Positions 36,561 through 49,354 of a stretch of DNA of 64,000 bases are shown here, one piece after another. Every line of letters starts with the position of its first letter. Within the stretch, counting starts at the first letter, position 1. The stretch lies in the NCBI RefSeq assembly GCF_964194025.1, contig NC_134475.1, positions 20,212,001 to 20,276,000 of the forward strand, in the 5' to 3' direction. A model generated the notes under the pieces. It searched no databases and was not told where the DNA came from. It was given only the letters and a program-made list of their open reading frames with translations. Both the position numbers and the translations under genes were made by a program. The DNA comes from Convolutriloba macropyga (lineage: Eukaryota).

Positions 36561-39500
36561 GTAAATTATAAAAACTACTTAATTACAGTACTCTGTGAAC
36601 TAAATATTTAAAAAATAGCCTGTTTTTTACACAAACATTTAAGTGATTATGGGAAGAGAGTGACAAAATTTAAAAACTGCAAAACAAAAGGACAGCAAAA
36701 CTGATTTGTCCAAACATGCCAGAAAACATATTATTTACTTGATTCTCCCGGAGGTCAAATTTTAGTGCTTGGAATAAATTACGTCCAAGAGTTACAGAGA
36801 ATGCCAAAATGGTCAGTTTATACCAGAAGTAAATCAAACACTGATAACCAAGCAAGCACAAAAATACCACTGCACAACATAAATTTAAGAACTAATTTTT
36901 TTAAAAAAATTTGTTTTCCTTAAAAGATTACAAAAACGAAAAAATAAGCAACCTTTTAATTAAATCTATGACAAAACTCAAATCTTATCGCTTTTAAATT
37001 ACCTTAATATTAGGAAAAAGCACTTTAAAAAATCTGATATTTGCAATTGCATGAAATCTAATCGTGATCACTTCACAAGGACAATTTTTTTTCTTCTTTA
37101 CTTTTTTTCGAATATTATTACCTTCGAATAGTAAAAAAGAAAAAAAAAGTATAATTTTCAAGTCAGGAATCAAAAGTATCAGTTTTAAGTCAGTTTTCAT
37201 GGCCAGATTAAAACTATTGTCAAGTGAATGTGTTAGACTAATGCAATGGGGAACCCAAAAACAGTAGTTATTTTTTTATTTAGTACAAATTGACCCGCAG
37301 TAAATCTTAAGTTTCGACTGTGATCACGCTTCTCATTTGTGTTTGCTCGAACTAAACCTGCGTACACCCAACAAAGTACTTAGGTTGCCCTATCGAAATT
37401 TTGTATCGATTTTCGAAAAGATTGCTCCAACAAACGATAAATATTTAGACTGGTTATATATTTCAATATCCTGTTGGGCTATGCAAAAGAATATAAATGC
37501 ACAATAAATCGAACACAATGTTTTTTTAAAAAAAGTATCACTTAAAACGGACTCTCAACCAGTTTTTCAAAAACGAGTTTTTGCCTTTTCAATCAGGTAC
37601 AATTTTGAAAAAAAGACTTAAAAATGACTCGTAATTTTGATTAACTAAAACATAGGGAAAAGAAGGGTTCTCAAATTCGATTAGAAAAAAATCACAATGA
37701 ATAACATTTTACTTAGCAAGGTTTAAAAAAGCAATTTGTTAACAAAAAAGTTTACTGTGAAATTAAAGAATTAAAACTTGTTCTTTTTCAGCTACTATGA
37801 CAAAAACTGGGAAGCTTATTATAAATATAGAAAAGAAAAGCATAAACCAAACGTAGAATACATATTCGATCAAAAAAACAACTTAATTGACGAAAACAGT
37901 GAGTTGGGGAAAATTCTAAACTCGTACCCCACTGGTCGCAAAACTTTGGAGATGTTTTGAAGAACTCAAAAATTAATTTTTTTAAGTGCAACTGACCTTG
38001 GACTGCACTTGTCTAGGACATATAATTTGAATAAAAACTGAATTGGAAAATAAGACAAAAAGACTGAATAAACTTAGACCTCAAAATAGTCAGCCTTCTT
38101 TTGAAGCTATCATTTTACTAAGTTGGTCAGTTTATTTTCAGCGTAAAGAATTTTATTAAAGGATTGATGTAAAACACTTTCACAGTTCTCATTGTTACTG
38201 TTCTTGCAACTCCTTGTTTTAAGTAGATTTTGTTTTGGGGCAATTTCATAATTGAAGAGCAGACGCTGTATTTCTCAACAACAAACCCTTTTAAGCCTCC
38301 CACTTGAGTTGCTCGATGACTTTTCTATGCAATTTCAAACACTAAGGTGTGTTTTCAGCAAAAATCGAAACCAGTCTTGGACTTTAGCAGTATAAAAAAT
38401 AAATTACCGATTAAAGAGAAACATAAACTTAAAACAACTAGGAACAGATTTGGAAAGCCAACTGAAAACCGCGGATGAAAATTCGGAAAAAAAACTTAAA
38501 AAAAACATACACGGAATTGAAATTGCCGCACGTGGAAAAGAAACCAATATCGATAAAGCAAGTTTTTCTGTGAGAACCGTTTCGTTATAACACTTTTGAG
38601 AACTGGATTCTGACTCTTTATTTTAAAAATGCACTCACCTTTCTGCTCCACTTCTTTTTTCGAGTTGACCAAAATCACTACGCAAATTTGACTTCCCAAT
38701 TGAAATCAACCACCCAATATAATTCAATTTCTTCTTTAGATCGTAAACAGACAGGACACAAATACAACCCAAACTCTTGAAAGCAGAGTCAATTAAACAA
38801 AGGAATTTCGTCTTTATGAAAAATTATTTTGATTATCATGGGTTCATTTTTCTTTTCGTTAGGAAAGTGCTCAAAAATTTTTTCCGAAATTCCAATCTCT
38901 ACGCACCATTAATTCAACTTGTTATATCTTTTGCAAACAAATGCATTAATGCTAGGGGGATAAACATTTCATGTTTTTGCTTAAGGTAATGATTATGTGG
39001 CGTTTTATCCTCTTTCGTATTTTGAAATACAATTTAACTTTTTGCCCTAATTTACAGCTTTTTCACTTTAGAGGGTCAGAAGCGTGGTTGTGTACCTTGA
39101 ACCGTTTGAAATAAAAGAAAGCAATAAAAAGGAAGCCAATTTTCCTGACCAATGCTTTCTCAAATAAATGTATAACATTTTTTGGCCAAAAATTTCACTT
39201 CTTTTTTCGTAAGGCTTCTTAGAGATAAAATGATTAGAGATATATATGGTGCATATATAACATATATGCATAATTTTTTGGCCAAAAATTTCACTTCTTT
39301 TTTCGTAAGGCTTCTTAGAGATAAAATGATTAGAGATATATATGGTGCATATATATATATGCACCAGCGCAAATCAAAAGTTCTTAAAAACCTCTGCATA
39401 AGTAAAATGCATCTAGGCGCACAAAATAAATCTCATTACTGTTTCATCAGTAAAATATTTAATGGGCAAAAGCAAATGGTTTAATAAAACGTTGAAAACT

Positions 39501-39929
39501 TCACGTATTACCTCAGTTGGTGAGAATTGATTGTTTGTAGGTGTGAATAAATTGATCAAGGCGCATGCTACTCTGCAGATTTCCAAAGTTAACTTGATTT
39601 TCAGTTTATACCAAACAGCACTCATTTCAATGCCATTCTAATGAATAATAAAAATTAACTGTTAGCATTAGAAAAAATTACGTTATATGAGTCATTAAAA
39701 TTCATAGCTCTAGCGCGTTCAGTTAATGAACTAGTGCTCGCATAAGACTTTAATCTAACCAACAAAAAATCATTTTCACTGAAATTTTAAAAACTATAAA
39801 AAATTGATTATTTATGTTCATTTTGTGTCTCAGCCGTGGTTGCTATAGTTTAACCACAACGGCGACATAGACGTCTAAGCTGGGTTGAATCCTAGACTAT
39901 TTCTCAATTTTTGAGGTTAAATTAAAAAA

Positions 39930-40225
39930 CCCGAGTGAACCGAAACTTGATACATCTTGACATGAAACATTCTAAAACAGGGTATATCTTATCCAGAGTC
40001 TGACACGGCACTTGCCATGAAAATGTCAAGATATGTATAAGATTGCACGGTCTCTGAAAGGTTATGTTTGTCTCAAAGCTTTCAAGAATTTATCTTGAAT
40101 TACCTATATAAGATATCACCAAGATCTCAATATTTACCAAGAAATGTTGGTGGTTTAACTTTTGCAAGAAATGTCAAAATCATGAATGTATTATCAAGCT
40201 GTATCAAGTTTTGATTTAACGCGGG
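39930..40225. mobile_element. Duplicate of the MITE at 35728-36023
   Basis: Lies within the second unit of the 4.2-kb duplication. Confidence 0.75.
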
Positions 40226-40267
40226 TAGCTTTTGATCGTGCAGTGATTACTTTTACCTTTATCAAAA

Positions 40268-40762
40268 ATGAAGTTTCGAAACTGCTCCGAATTTAGAATT
40301 GGTTCTGGAATTGTTTCAATTTTGATTGTATCAGTCGTCGCCATTTGTTTTGTGGTGTTTAATTTTTTAAACACGCAAACTACATTACATTTTACTCATC
40401 AAGGGGCACAACCGCACTGTTCGGGTGTGAATTCCAATTCGGAAAAATGTCAGAATGTGCCGTTTTACGAGTCCCTTAGCGTTTTGCTTGTTACTAAGCA
40501 ACCATTATTTACCGGTTGTGTAAACAGAAATGACCCGAGAATGAAAAAAGTTCGCTCCACGGCAGAGCTCAAATTTGAGCCAATAGATTGCGCATTATTT
40601 TGTGTGGGTAGAAACTATTCACGCATGAATATTCGAACAGACGAAATGCAGTCTACATGTTTTTGTTCCGGTGATCTGCCAAGTTCGGAGTCTACTTGCG
40701 AAAATTCAAACACCAATTTCAAATCCTACTAATTGGAACCGGTGTCTATGCCCTCCGTAAAG
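40268..40762 (+). pseudogene. WSCD: Duplicate exon 1 of paralog B with a nonsense change (GAA>TAA at 40730-40732)
   Basis: Matches 36066-36560 except TACGAATTG>TACTAATTG. The donor site is retained. Confidence 0.82.
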
Positions 40763-43700
40763 GTAAATTATAAAAACTACTTAATTACAGTACTCTGTGA
40801 ACTAAATATTTAAAAAATAGCCTGTTTTTTACACAAACATTTAAGTGATTATGGGAAGAGAGTGACAAAATTTAAAAACTGCAAAACAAAAGGACAGCAA
40901 AACTGATTTGTCCAAACATGCCAGAAAACATATTATTTACTTGATTCTCCCGGAGGTCAAATTTTAGTGCTTGGAATAAATTACGTCCAAGAGTTACAGA
41001 GAATGCCAAAATGGTCAGTTTATACCAGAAGTAAATCAAACACTGATAACCAAGCAAGCACAAAAATACCACTGCACAACATAAATTTAAGAACTAATTT
41101 TTTTAAAAAAATTTGTTTTCCTTAAAAGATTACAAAAACGAAAAAATAAGCAACCTTTTAATTAAATCTATGACAAAACTCAAATCTTATCGCTTTTAAA
41201 TTACCTTAATATTAGGAAAAAGCACTTTAAAAAATCTGATATTTGCAATTGCATGAAATCTAATCGTGATCACTTCACAAGGACAATTTTTTTTCTTCTT
41301 TACTTTTTTTCGAATATTATTACCTTCGAATAGTAAAAAAGAATAAAAAAGTATAATTTTCAAGTCAGGAATCAAAAGTATCAGTTTTAAGTCAGTTTTC
41401 ATGGCCAGATTAAAACTATTGTCAAGTGAATGTGTTAGACTAATGCAATGGGGAACCCAAAAACAGTAGTTATTTTTTTATTTAGTACAAATTGACCCGC
41501 AGTAAACCTTAAGTTTCGACTGTGATCACGCTTCTCATTTGTGTTTGCTCGAACTAAACCTGCGTACACCCAACAAAGTACTTAGGTTGCCCTATCGAAA
41601 TTTTGTATCGATTTTCGAAAAGATTGCTCCAACAAACGATAAATATTTAGACTGGTTATATATTTCAATATCCTGTTGGGCTATGCAAAAGAATATAAAT
41701 GCACAATAAATCGAACACAATGTTTTTTTAAAAAAAGTATCACTTAAAACGGACTCTCAACCAGTTTTTCAAAAACGAGTTTTTGCCTTTTCAATCAGGT
41801 ACAATTTTGAAAAAAAGACTTAAAAATGACTCGTAATTTTGATTAACTAAAACATAGGGAAAAGAAGGGTTCTCAAATTCGATTAGAAAAAAATCACAAT
41901 GAATAACATTTTACTTAGCAAGGTTTAAAAAAGCAATTTGTTAACAAAAAAGTTTACTGTGAAATTAAAGAATTAAAACTTGTTCTTTTTCAGCTACTAT
42001 GACAAAAACTGAGAAGCTTATTATAAATATAGAAAAGAAAAGCATAAACCAAACGTAGAATACATATTCGATCAAAAAAACAACTTAATTGACGAAAACA
42101 GTGAGTTGGGGAAAATTCTAAACTCGTACCCCACTGGTCGCAAAACTTTGGAGATGTTTTGAAGAACTCAAAAATTAATTTTTTTAAGTGCAACTGACCT
42201 TGGACTGCACTTGTCTAGGACATATAATTTGAATAAAAACTGAATTGGAAAATAAGACAAAAAGACTGAATAAACTTAGACCTCAAAATATTCAGCCTTC
42301 TTTTGAAGCTATCATTTTTACTAAGTTGGTCAGTTTATTTTCAGCGTAAAGAATTTTATTAAAGGATTGATGTAAAACACTTTCACAGTTCTCATTGTTA
42401 CTGTTCTTGCAACTCCTTGTTTTAAGTAGATTTTGTTTTGGGGCAATTTCATAATTGAAGAGCAGACGCTGTATTTCTCAACAACAAACCCTTTTAAGCC
42501 TCCCACTTGAGTTGCTCGATGACTTTTCTATGCAATTTCAAACACTAAGGTGTGTTTTCAGCAAAAATCGAAACCAGTCTTGGACTTTAGCAGTATAAAA
42601 AATAAATTACCGATTAAAGAGAAACATAAACTTAAAACAACTAGGAACAGATTTGGAAAGCCAACTGAAAACCGCGGATGAAAATTCGAAAAAAAAACTT
42701 AAAAAAAACATACACGGAATTGAAATTGCCGCACGTGGAAAAGAAACCAATATCGATAAAGCAAGTTTTTCTGTGAGAACCGTTTCGTTATAACACTTTT
42801 GAGAACTGGATTCTGACTCTTTATTTTAAAAATGCACTCACCTTTCTGCTCCACTTCTTTTTTCGAGTTGACCAAAATCACTACGCAAATTTGACTTCCC
42901 AATTGAAATCAACCACCCAATATAATTCAATTTCTTCTTTAGATCGTAAACAGACAGGACACAAATACAACCCAAACTCTTGAAAGCAGAGTCAATTAAA
43001 CAAAGGAATTTCGTCTTTATGAAAAATTATTTTGATTATCATGGGTTCATTTTTCTTTTCGTTAGGAAAGTGCTCAAAAATTTTTTCCGAAATTCCAATC
43101 TCTACGCACCATTAATTCAACTTGTTATATCTTTTGCAAACAAATGCATTAATGCTAGGGGGATAAACATTTCATGTTTTTGCTTAAGGTAATGATTATG
43201 TGGCGTTTTATCCTCTTTCGTATTTTGAAATACAATTTAATTTTTTGCCCTAATTTACAGCTTTTTCACTTTAGAGGGTCAGAAGCGTGGTTGTGTACCT
43301 TGAACCGTTTGAAATAAAAGAAAGCAATAAAAAGGAAGCCAATTTTCCTGACCAATGCTTTCTCAAATAAATGTATAACATTTTTTGGCCAAAAATTTCA
43401 CTTCTTTTTTCGTAAGGCTTCTTAGAGATAAAATGAGCAATTATTCCGATATGAGACCATTTCACAAAGATATTCTTTACTGGCAACTTTTCAAACAAAA
43501 AAGAATCCTAGTCAATTTTGATGGATATATCGTATGCCTTGTCCTCATACTAAACTGGTGTTTTAGGACCAGAAAATGAGTTATTGTGATCTATTTTTTA
43601 ATCGGTCCTGTTTTGCTGAAACACCTGCAACTAAAAGTCAAAGCTGCACGTGCAACAATTCCCATTTTCTTTTATTGTTGAGCAACAAATGAGAGCGACG

Positions 43701-45772
43701 AGAAAAGAGGATGGTGGTTTATTTCATAACAGCCATCGAAAGAAACCAAAAAATTTAAGTGTGAAAAAATTTCGCCAAGCGAGAGAAAATTTTTGGTATA
43801 GCGCGGCATTTTCGAAGCAGTTTTTTTAAGTTTTACTTTACTCTGCGTGTAAATTAGTTTCTATGCCACATTCACAAATCGTTGTCCATTTCGAAACATG
43901 TTGGTCATCTCAATTAAATAGTAAAGTTCTGTATGAAATGGCCCTTTAAGTTTTTTCAATTCAATTTTGTTTTAGTAGAAGAAAACAGGCTGAATATGAA
44001 CAATTTTTGCTTAGTTTTCCAGTTTGAAATTTTTTTCCTAATTCTTCTGTTTTTCTGCTTTGAAATCTTTTCTAATTGCGAATTGTTTAACTACGGCTAG
44101 CGGTAGGGTTATAATAACTAATTGAAATCAATTGAGGATTTGATGGCACATATGATCCCAACTTAAATTAATCAACTCTGCAGTTTTTGTACTTTTTACT
44201 TCCAGCTCATGTTTTAAGTGTTCTCCCGTGCATTTGAGTGTAATGCTTGTACTGAATGAAAGAACTGGAACTGTTTTTAGTGTTTGTTGAGAGCAGTTAT
44301 TGAGACTTTGCATTTTTTAGAATATTTTTCAACAGATTTTTTAGTCTTCATCCTTTAATTTTTTTCTGTTTTCTCGGTTCTCCTTTTTAATGTATAGTTT
44401 GATATGTTTCGCATCATCTTGATTTCTTTTGTTGAAGACAATTAAATCATATAAGACAAAATATTATAAACAATGCATCTGTTGTTGCAAGTATGAAAAT
44501 TTTCCAAGCAAAAAATTTCATAATTTACCTTTTCCTTGATAATCTGTTTTCTCGGTTTGTTGATTCAAATTGAATTGTATAAAGAAAATAATAGTTTTAT
44601 TAAGTAAAATTTGGCCATCGTTTAAGTTATATTATACTTTGAGTCATTTCCGGAGTCTTCCGGCTACGTTTTCTCATTCTGAATTTTAGCAATCACAATC
44701 TACAAGGTTTGAGGCTGGAAACTTTGTAAGAGAACAAAGATATGAGTTGAACAAAGAAATGTTTTCACACAAACATAGATGAAAAATATTTTAAAATACA
44801 AATTTGCTATTTTTGAACCTGAAATTGACAAAAATAAAAGTCTGAAAACAAAATGACAATTTCTAAGTATGAAGAATATAGTAAAATAACAATAATAAAT
44901 AATGATAGTGATGGATGTTTGTGAAACCAAAAATTTGAGCAAATTTTATATTAGATTCCTAAAAACAACTTTTTCAGCTTTTGAAAAGATTATGGCGGAT
45001 TTTATGTTCTCGCGTTCATTGTCAGAACTCATAGAGTTCTCTTGCTCGCGGAAATTACATCGGCTTTTCGATTTTTGGTTTATAGCTATATTCATTTGCA
45101 GAATGAGAACATCTTGCGTCAGGCACTAAGGTGTCACGCCTAATTGCGTCGAGCTCGTGGAGTGAAGCAACTCATTATTGACTCCCAAATTGGGCAATGT
45201 TGTTTACGTGGAGTATCTTCAGCCATTCTATTTTACCTCACTTTTGGGAAATAGGCTGGGCTGTTTACTGTGGTTTGACTCTGGAATGGGTTCCATTCGG
45301 ACGATCAAAAACATGCTAACAGACATTCCATACTCAAGACAGTGCCCCGTGTCTGAGCTAATTATCCCGAAACGTGGGGGACGGGAGAGGTAGAGAGTAA
45401 CTGAAGTCGCACAGGAGGGCGTCAAATGAATGTCATGAGAGAAAATTTAAAGTGAAAATTGATCCCCCGATTTTGGCGCTTTTGATTTTACTTTTAGTAG
45501 TGAACTGCCGCCAATTGCGTTCAGCTGCTTGAACTGTTAAAAGAGAGAGAAATTTAGATCGCTCAAAACGCCAAAAGTCAAGGGCGTAAAAGTCACATGA
45601 AAAGTCAAATCGGTCTAGCAACAATTTTGCATAAAAAAGACTACCACGTTTACAACAATTACTTCAAACGATGGAGAGTAATTAATCAGTTCTGATTTAC
45701 ATAATTCGAAAATAAATTGGGATCTATTCCGTTTGTCAAAGCTTAGTGGGTGCATATTATTTGCACCCACCA

Positions 45773-45915
45773 GACGGGCGTGCCATATTTTTACATAATT
45801 AATTACTATGTAATGACACGTGCTCTGTAATTGGGGGCGCATAACGTAGTGGGGGGGGGGGCATAACGTAGTGGGGGGGGGGGGCACAAACGGAAAAAAT
45901 CCATAAATTGGTACC
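45773..45915 (+). repeat. Short interspersed repeat with duplicated CATAACGTAGT(G)n units
   Basis: Related to 727-832 (inverted), with two extra units inside the G run. Confidence 0.5.
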
Positions 45916-46424
45916 AGTACTGAGACATAGTATCCTCAGGCTTTTACATAATATAATGCTCATTATTTTATCAATCTGATCAGGTTTTGATTAAGGTGAA
46001 GCGCTGCTCCAGACTCTGTCATTTGATGGCACTTTACCATTATTTGCAAAACTGAACTTGATCTGAATTGAGCTGGCTCGGGTGGCGCCTCAACTTGGGT
46101 ATGCGATCCAAAACACATATTTGACAACAATTCTTGGATTCCAACTTATTAACATACGAATATGCATTTTTCAAACAAGAACAAACAAAGATTGGTTTAG
46201 GTGGAGGGAGACTTTGGTAAAATCGACAACTTGCAATAATTTTCTAGATAATTCCTACTACTAATTAGAAGAATTAAAGACTTTAAACAAAGAAAATATT
46301 CGCAGTATTTTTAATCGTTTACTTCTGATAACCTTATTTATTTTTCCTTATGTGAACCAGTGCCAAAAAAACTCCTATCTGGACACAAACACTTGATTTT
46401 GTTCTAGATTTGATTCTGTTTCAG

Positions 46425-46763
46425 AACAAATCGTTTCTAGGATGCCTACCTTCAATTGATAAACTCAATTTCGATGCAGTAAATTCAATAGAGGCATTGA
46501 AATCCGTTGAGAATCTCCGGCGTGAAAAGTGCATAGAAGTTTGTGACTCACTCATGCACGCAATTGCGATATTCACAGTAAAAAACAATAAACAATCAAA
46601 AGCAGATTGTGTGTGTTTGGAAACGCTTTGGAGGAATATAGCCAAGATCAGGGAAAAAAATAACCCGAAGGAATGTGTGAACAGTGCGTATATAACTCCG
46701 TGGGCCTTTTCGAAGTGCTCTCACGCAACATTTTTGGATCCCAAACAAACGAGTATTCCTCAG
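46425..46763 (+). CDS. WSCD: WSCD-like paralog B, exon 2
   Basis: TGTTTCAG|NKSFLGC...IPQ|GTTAAT, 113 codons. Confidence 0.88.
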
Positions 46764-46961
46764 GTTAATTTGGTTTCGTTATTTCAGAGCTTCATCAACT
46801 GGTATAGAGTTAAACTCAATTTCAAATAAAGTGGTGGTGATGTCGAGAAAAATGAAGAAATTTTGTTATTTATAAATTGATAACTTTTTAAAAAGCAATT
46901 GCAAAATACAGAACTCTTCCAGTTATTTAAAATTTTATTGTTAAAAAATTGCACTTTACAG

Positions 46962-47005
46962 GTGGGGCTCATTAGCGTGCCTGGATCTGGAAACACCTGG
47001 ACAAG
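46962..47005 (+). CDS. WSCD: WSCD-like paralog B, exon 3 (PAPS 5'-PSB loop)
   Basis: TTTACAG|VGLISVPGSGNTWTR|GTAACG. Confidence 0.9.
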
Positions 47006-47395
47006 GTAACGTCTTTAAATGAATTTTCCAGCAGAAGAAATAATTGCAAGAACTCAAATAAAACTCTCGGATTAATCCAAACTAAAGCATAATCGGCAAA
47101 CGTTGGACGATTTGTCAAACAAGAAGGGGGAGGGGATCGGGATTTGGACCTAAACAGGGTATTTGCGGGATCATAACTTTATTAAAATGTTTAAAATGAT
47201 GCTGTTAAAGATTTTTATGGACCAATAAAATGATTCGAATTGAAAAACTGAAAAAAAATCTTGGTACACTTATGAGTGCAGTTTTATTAGAAAATTGAGC
47301 CCAGCTGTTTAAATTTCTGAATCAGAGCAATTTAAAACACTCAATTACTCACGAGCAAAAACGTAGATCGGTGAAATCAGCATAACACAAAGCAA

Positions 47396-48171
47396 CATTA
47401 CCAGCGTCTACCGGTACCGAGTGAAACTACTTACAAAGAAATTGGCTGGCGCCTTCCGGTGCCGAGTTCCGTTTAACGCGGAAAGCGCCTAAATTTTGTG
47501 AAAGTGGTTTCCACAGTGCAATTAAAAGCCGTAGGATCAAATGAATGTGAAAAGTAGATACGTTCGGCTGCAAAGGCATTTCACAAGAATTTAACATTTT
47601 AACCTTACTAAAATGAGGGATTATACTACAATTAATCTGCCGCACAATTATTTGAGGACACGCTTCCCTCAAACAATTTTTACGGTGAAAAACAGTTTTT
47701 CCAGTTTAAAAGTGGAAAACACTGNNNNNNNNNNNNNNNNNNNNNNNNNNNNNNNNNNNNNNNNNNNNNNNNNNNNNNNNNNNNNNNNNNNNNNNNNNNN
47801 NNNNNNNNNNNNNNNNNNNNNNNNNNNNNNNNNNNNNNNNNNNNNNNNNNNNNNNNNNNNNNNNNNNNNNNNNNNNNNNNNNNNNNNNNNNNNNNNNNNN
47901 NNNNNNNNNNNNNNNNNNNNNNNNNNNNNNNNNNNNNNNNNNNNNNNNNNNNNNNNNNNNNNNNNNNNNNNNNCAAGCAAACACTTACACCAAACACACC
48001 ACACAACACGCACACACAAACACATACACCACACACAACACACCACATGCTCATCACACACCACACACACCACACACACCACACACAATGAATTAAAATA
48101 GGAAAGTGAAATCTGGTAATAGTAACGAGTAAATTTACTCAAGTATTTGGTTCCGGTAGACGTCCGTAATG
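47396..48171. mobile_element. TIR element in intron 3 of paralog B (spans a gap)
   Basis: CATTACCAGCGTCTACCGGTACC vs reverse complement of the right end CATTACGGACGTCTACCGGAACC, with AA flanks. Confidence 0.55.
47975..48087. repeat. CA-rich low-complexity tract
   Basis: Degenerate (CA)n/(CACCA)n. Confidence 0.85.
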
Positions 48172-48468
48172 AAAAAGCCCTTGTAAATTTTGTATGGGAA
48201 CAAATTTAGTTGAACACAATAAGCGAATCTGAGTAGTAATAAAAAGTCATTTATGCTCATAGGTAAAAGTCTTAGTCAAATATGATCCTACAGTATCTTA
48301 TTAGTAGTCACCCAAATATAATCAAAATATCTTTAAAAGATCATTAAAAACGCTCTAAAGCACCAGAATAATAGAAGTTATTATAGCCGAGAAAAGGTAA
48401 AAATAACACAAAAACATGATTGTATTGAAACCACTGAGCTTCGAAAAATTTGACTGGCATTTATTAAG

Positions 48469-48617
48469 GTCTGTGGTGCAAAGTGCGATTGGAATTTTGT
48501 CTGGAAGCAAGTACCATGGCGAGGGGGCCTTTTCACAAAAGCTACACGGAGAAATGGAACCATGGACATCCAACAGAACTACTCTCATCAAAAATCATGA
48601 GGAAGGCGATAATGCAG
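48469..48617 (+). CDS. WSCD: WSCD-like paralog B, exon 4
   Basis: TTATTAAG|(R)SVVQSAIGILSGSKY...GEMEPWTSNRTTLIKNHEEGDNAG|GTGAGA. Confidence 0.88.
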
Positions 48618-48743
48618 GTGAGAAAGGTTAAAATTAATACTTTTTGTTTCATTTTGAATTCATTCCAATGCCTCCACAAAACTGCAAATTGTGTACACAG
48701 GTTAAATTTCCCCACACCCAACAAAACATAACAATAGATAACA

Positions 48744-48745
<2 letters not shown>

Positions 48746-48789
<44 letters not shown>
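48746..48789. repeat. (GA)n microsatellite in intron 4
   Basis: About 22 AG units. Confidence 0.95.
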
Positions 48790-48794
<5 letters not shown>

Positions 48795-48818
48795 ATTTTT
48801 CACTTTTCACTTTTACAG

Positions 48819-49354
48819 GAAAATTTTCCGCACTGATGGACAGGAGAGTTGTCGTTATCCGCGACCCGTTGAAATGTTCAATTGCCGAGTTCAACAGACG
48901 CGCAAAAGGCAAAGTCGGATCTTTCTCAAGCGTAGAGGCATTTATGAAGGGAGCCAAAAATATCGCCGGTTTCAATAAACTTTTCAGAGGCTCGTTGGAA
49001 CACTTTCTCAGGTTAACAACTCGATATACTAAAGCACAGACACCAGTGCTTTTTATCTCATACGAAGACATGGCAGGCAATTTATTGCCTAATTTGTTGA
49101 GAATAACCAAATTTATGAATATGGGCTCTGAGAATAAACAAATTCTAGAACGATCAGTATGTACAATCTTGAGTGATAATGGATCGAAGCAATCTTTTAA
49201 ACGAACTTACAAAGTTGACCTAACTGATGCTGCTAGAAGTTTGATTGATAAAAAATACGCAATTGAGACTGTAAGGAGAATCGAAAATCTTTTCCAAATT
49301 TCTGGAATGCATGAGTTAAGAACTGACGACTACATATCAATGATAAATGGTTGA
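48819..49354 (+). CDS. WSCD: WSCD-like paralog B, exon 5 (3'-PB motif and C-terminus)
   Basis: TTTTACAG|GKF...VVIRDPLKCSIAEFNR (WSCD LIRNP...AEFNR), ISYEDM...LLRITKFM, ERSVC...SFKR, then stop TGA. The spliced product is about 520 aa. Confidence 0.9.

Larger units (their letters stand above)
35185..43437 (+). repeat. ~4.2-kb tandem duplication of the promoter, exon 1 and 5' intron 1 of paralog B (35185-~39233 / ~39398-43437)
   Basis: Offset ~4202 bp with near-identical sequence and a duplicated ORF set. The left end lies in a gap. Confidence 0.93.

Noticed and set aside
45132-45425. Possible solo LTR (TGTCACGCC...GGCGTCA)
   Set aside because: The right end is imperfect, and there is no TSD or second copy in the window.
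48644-48818. N-terminal part of the 236-aa ORF with an RE repeat
   Set aside because: Intron 4 read-through of the (GA)n microsatellite. Homology begins at the acceptor, 48819.
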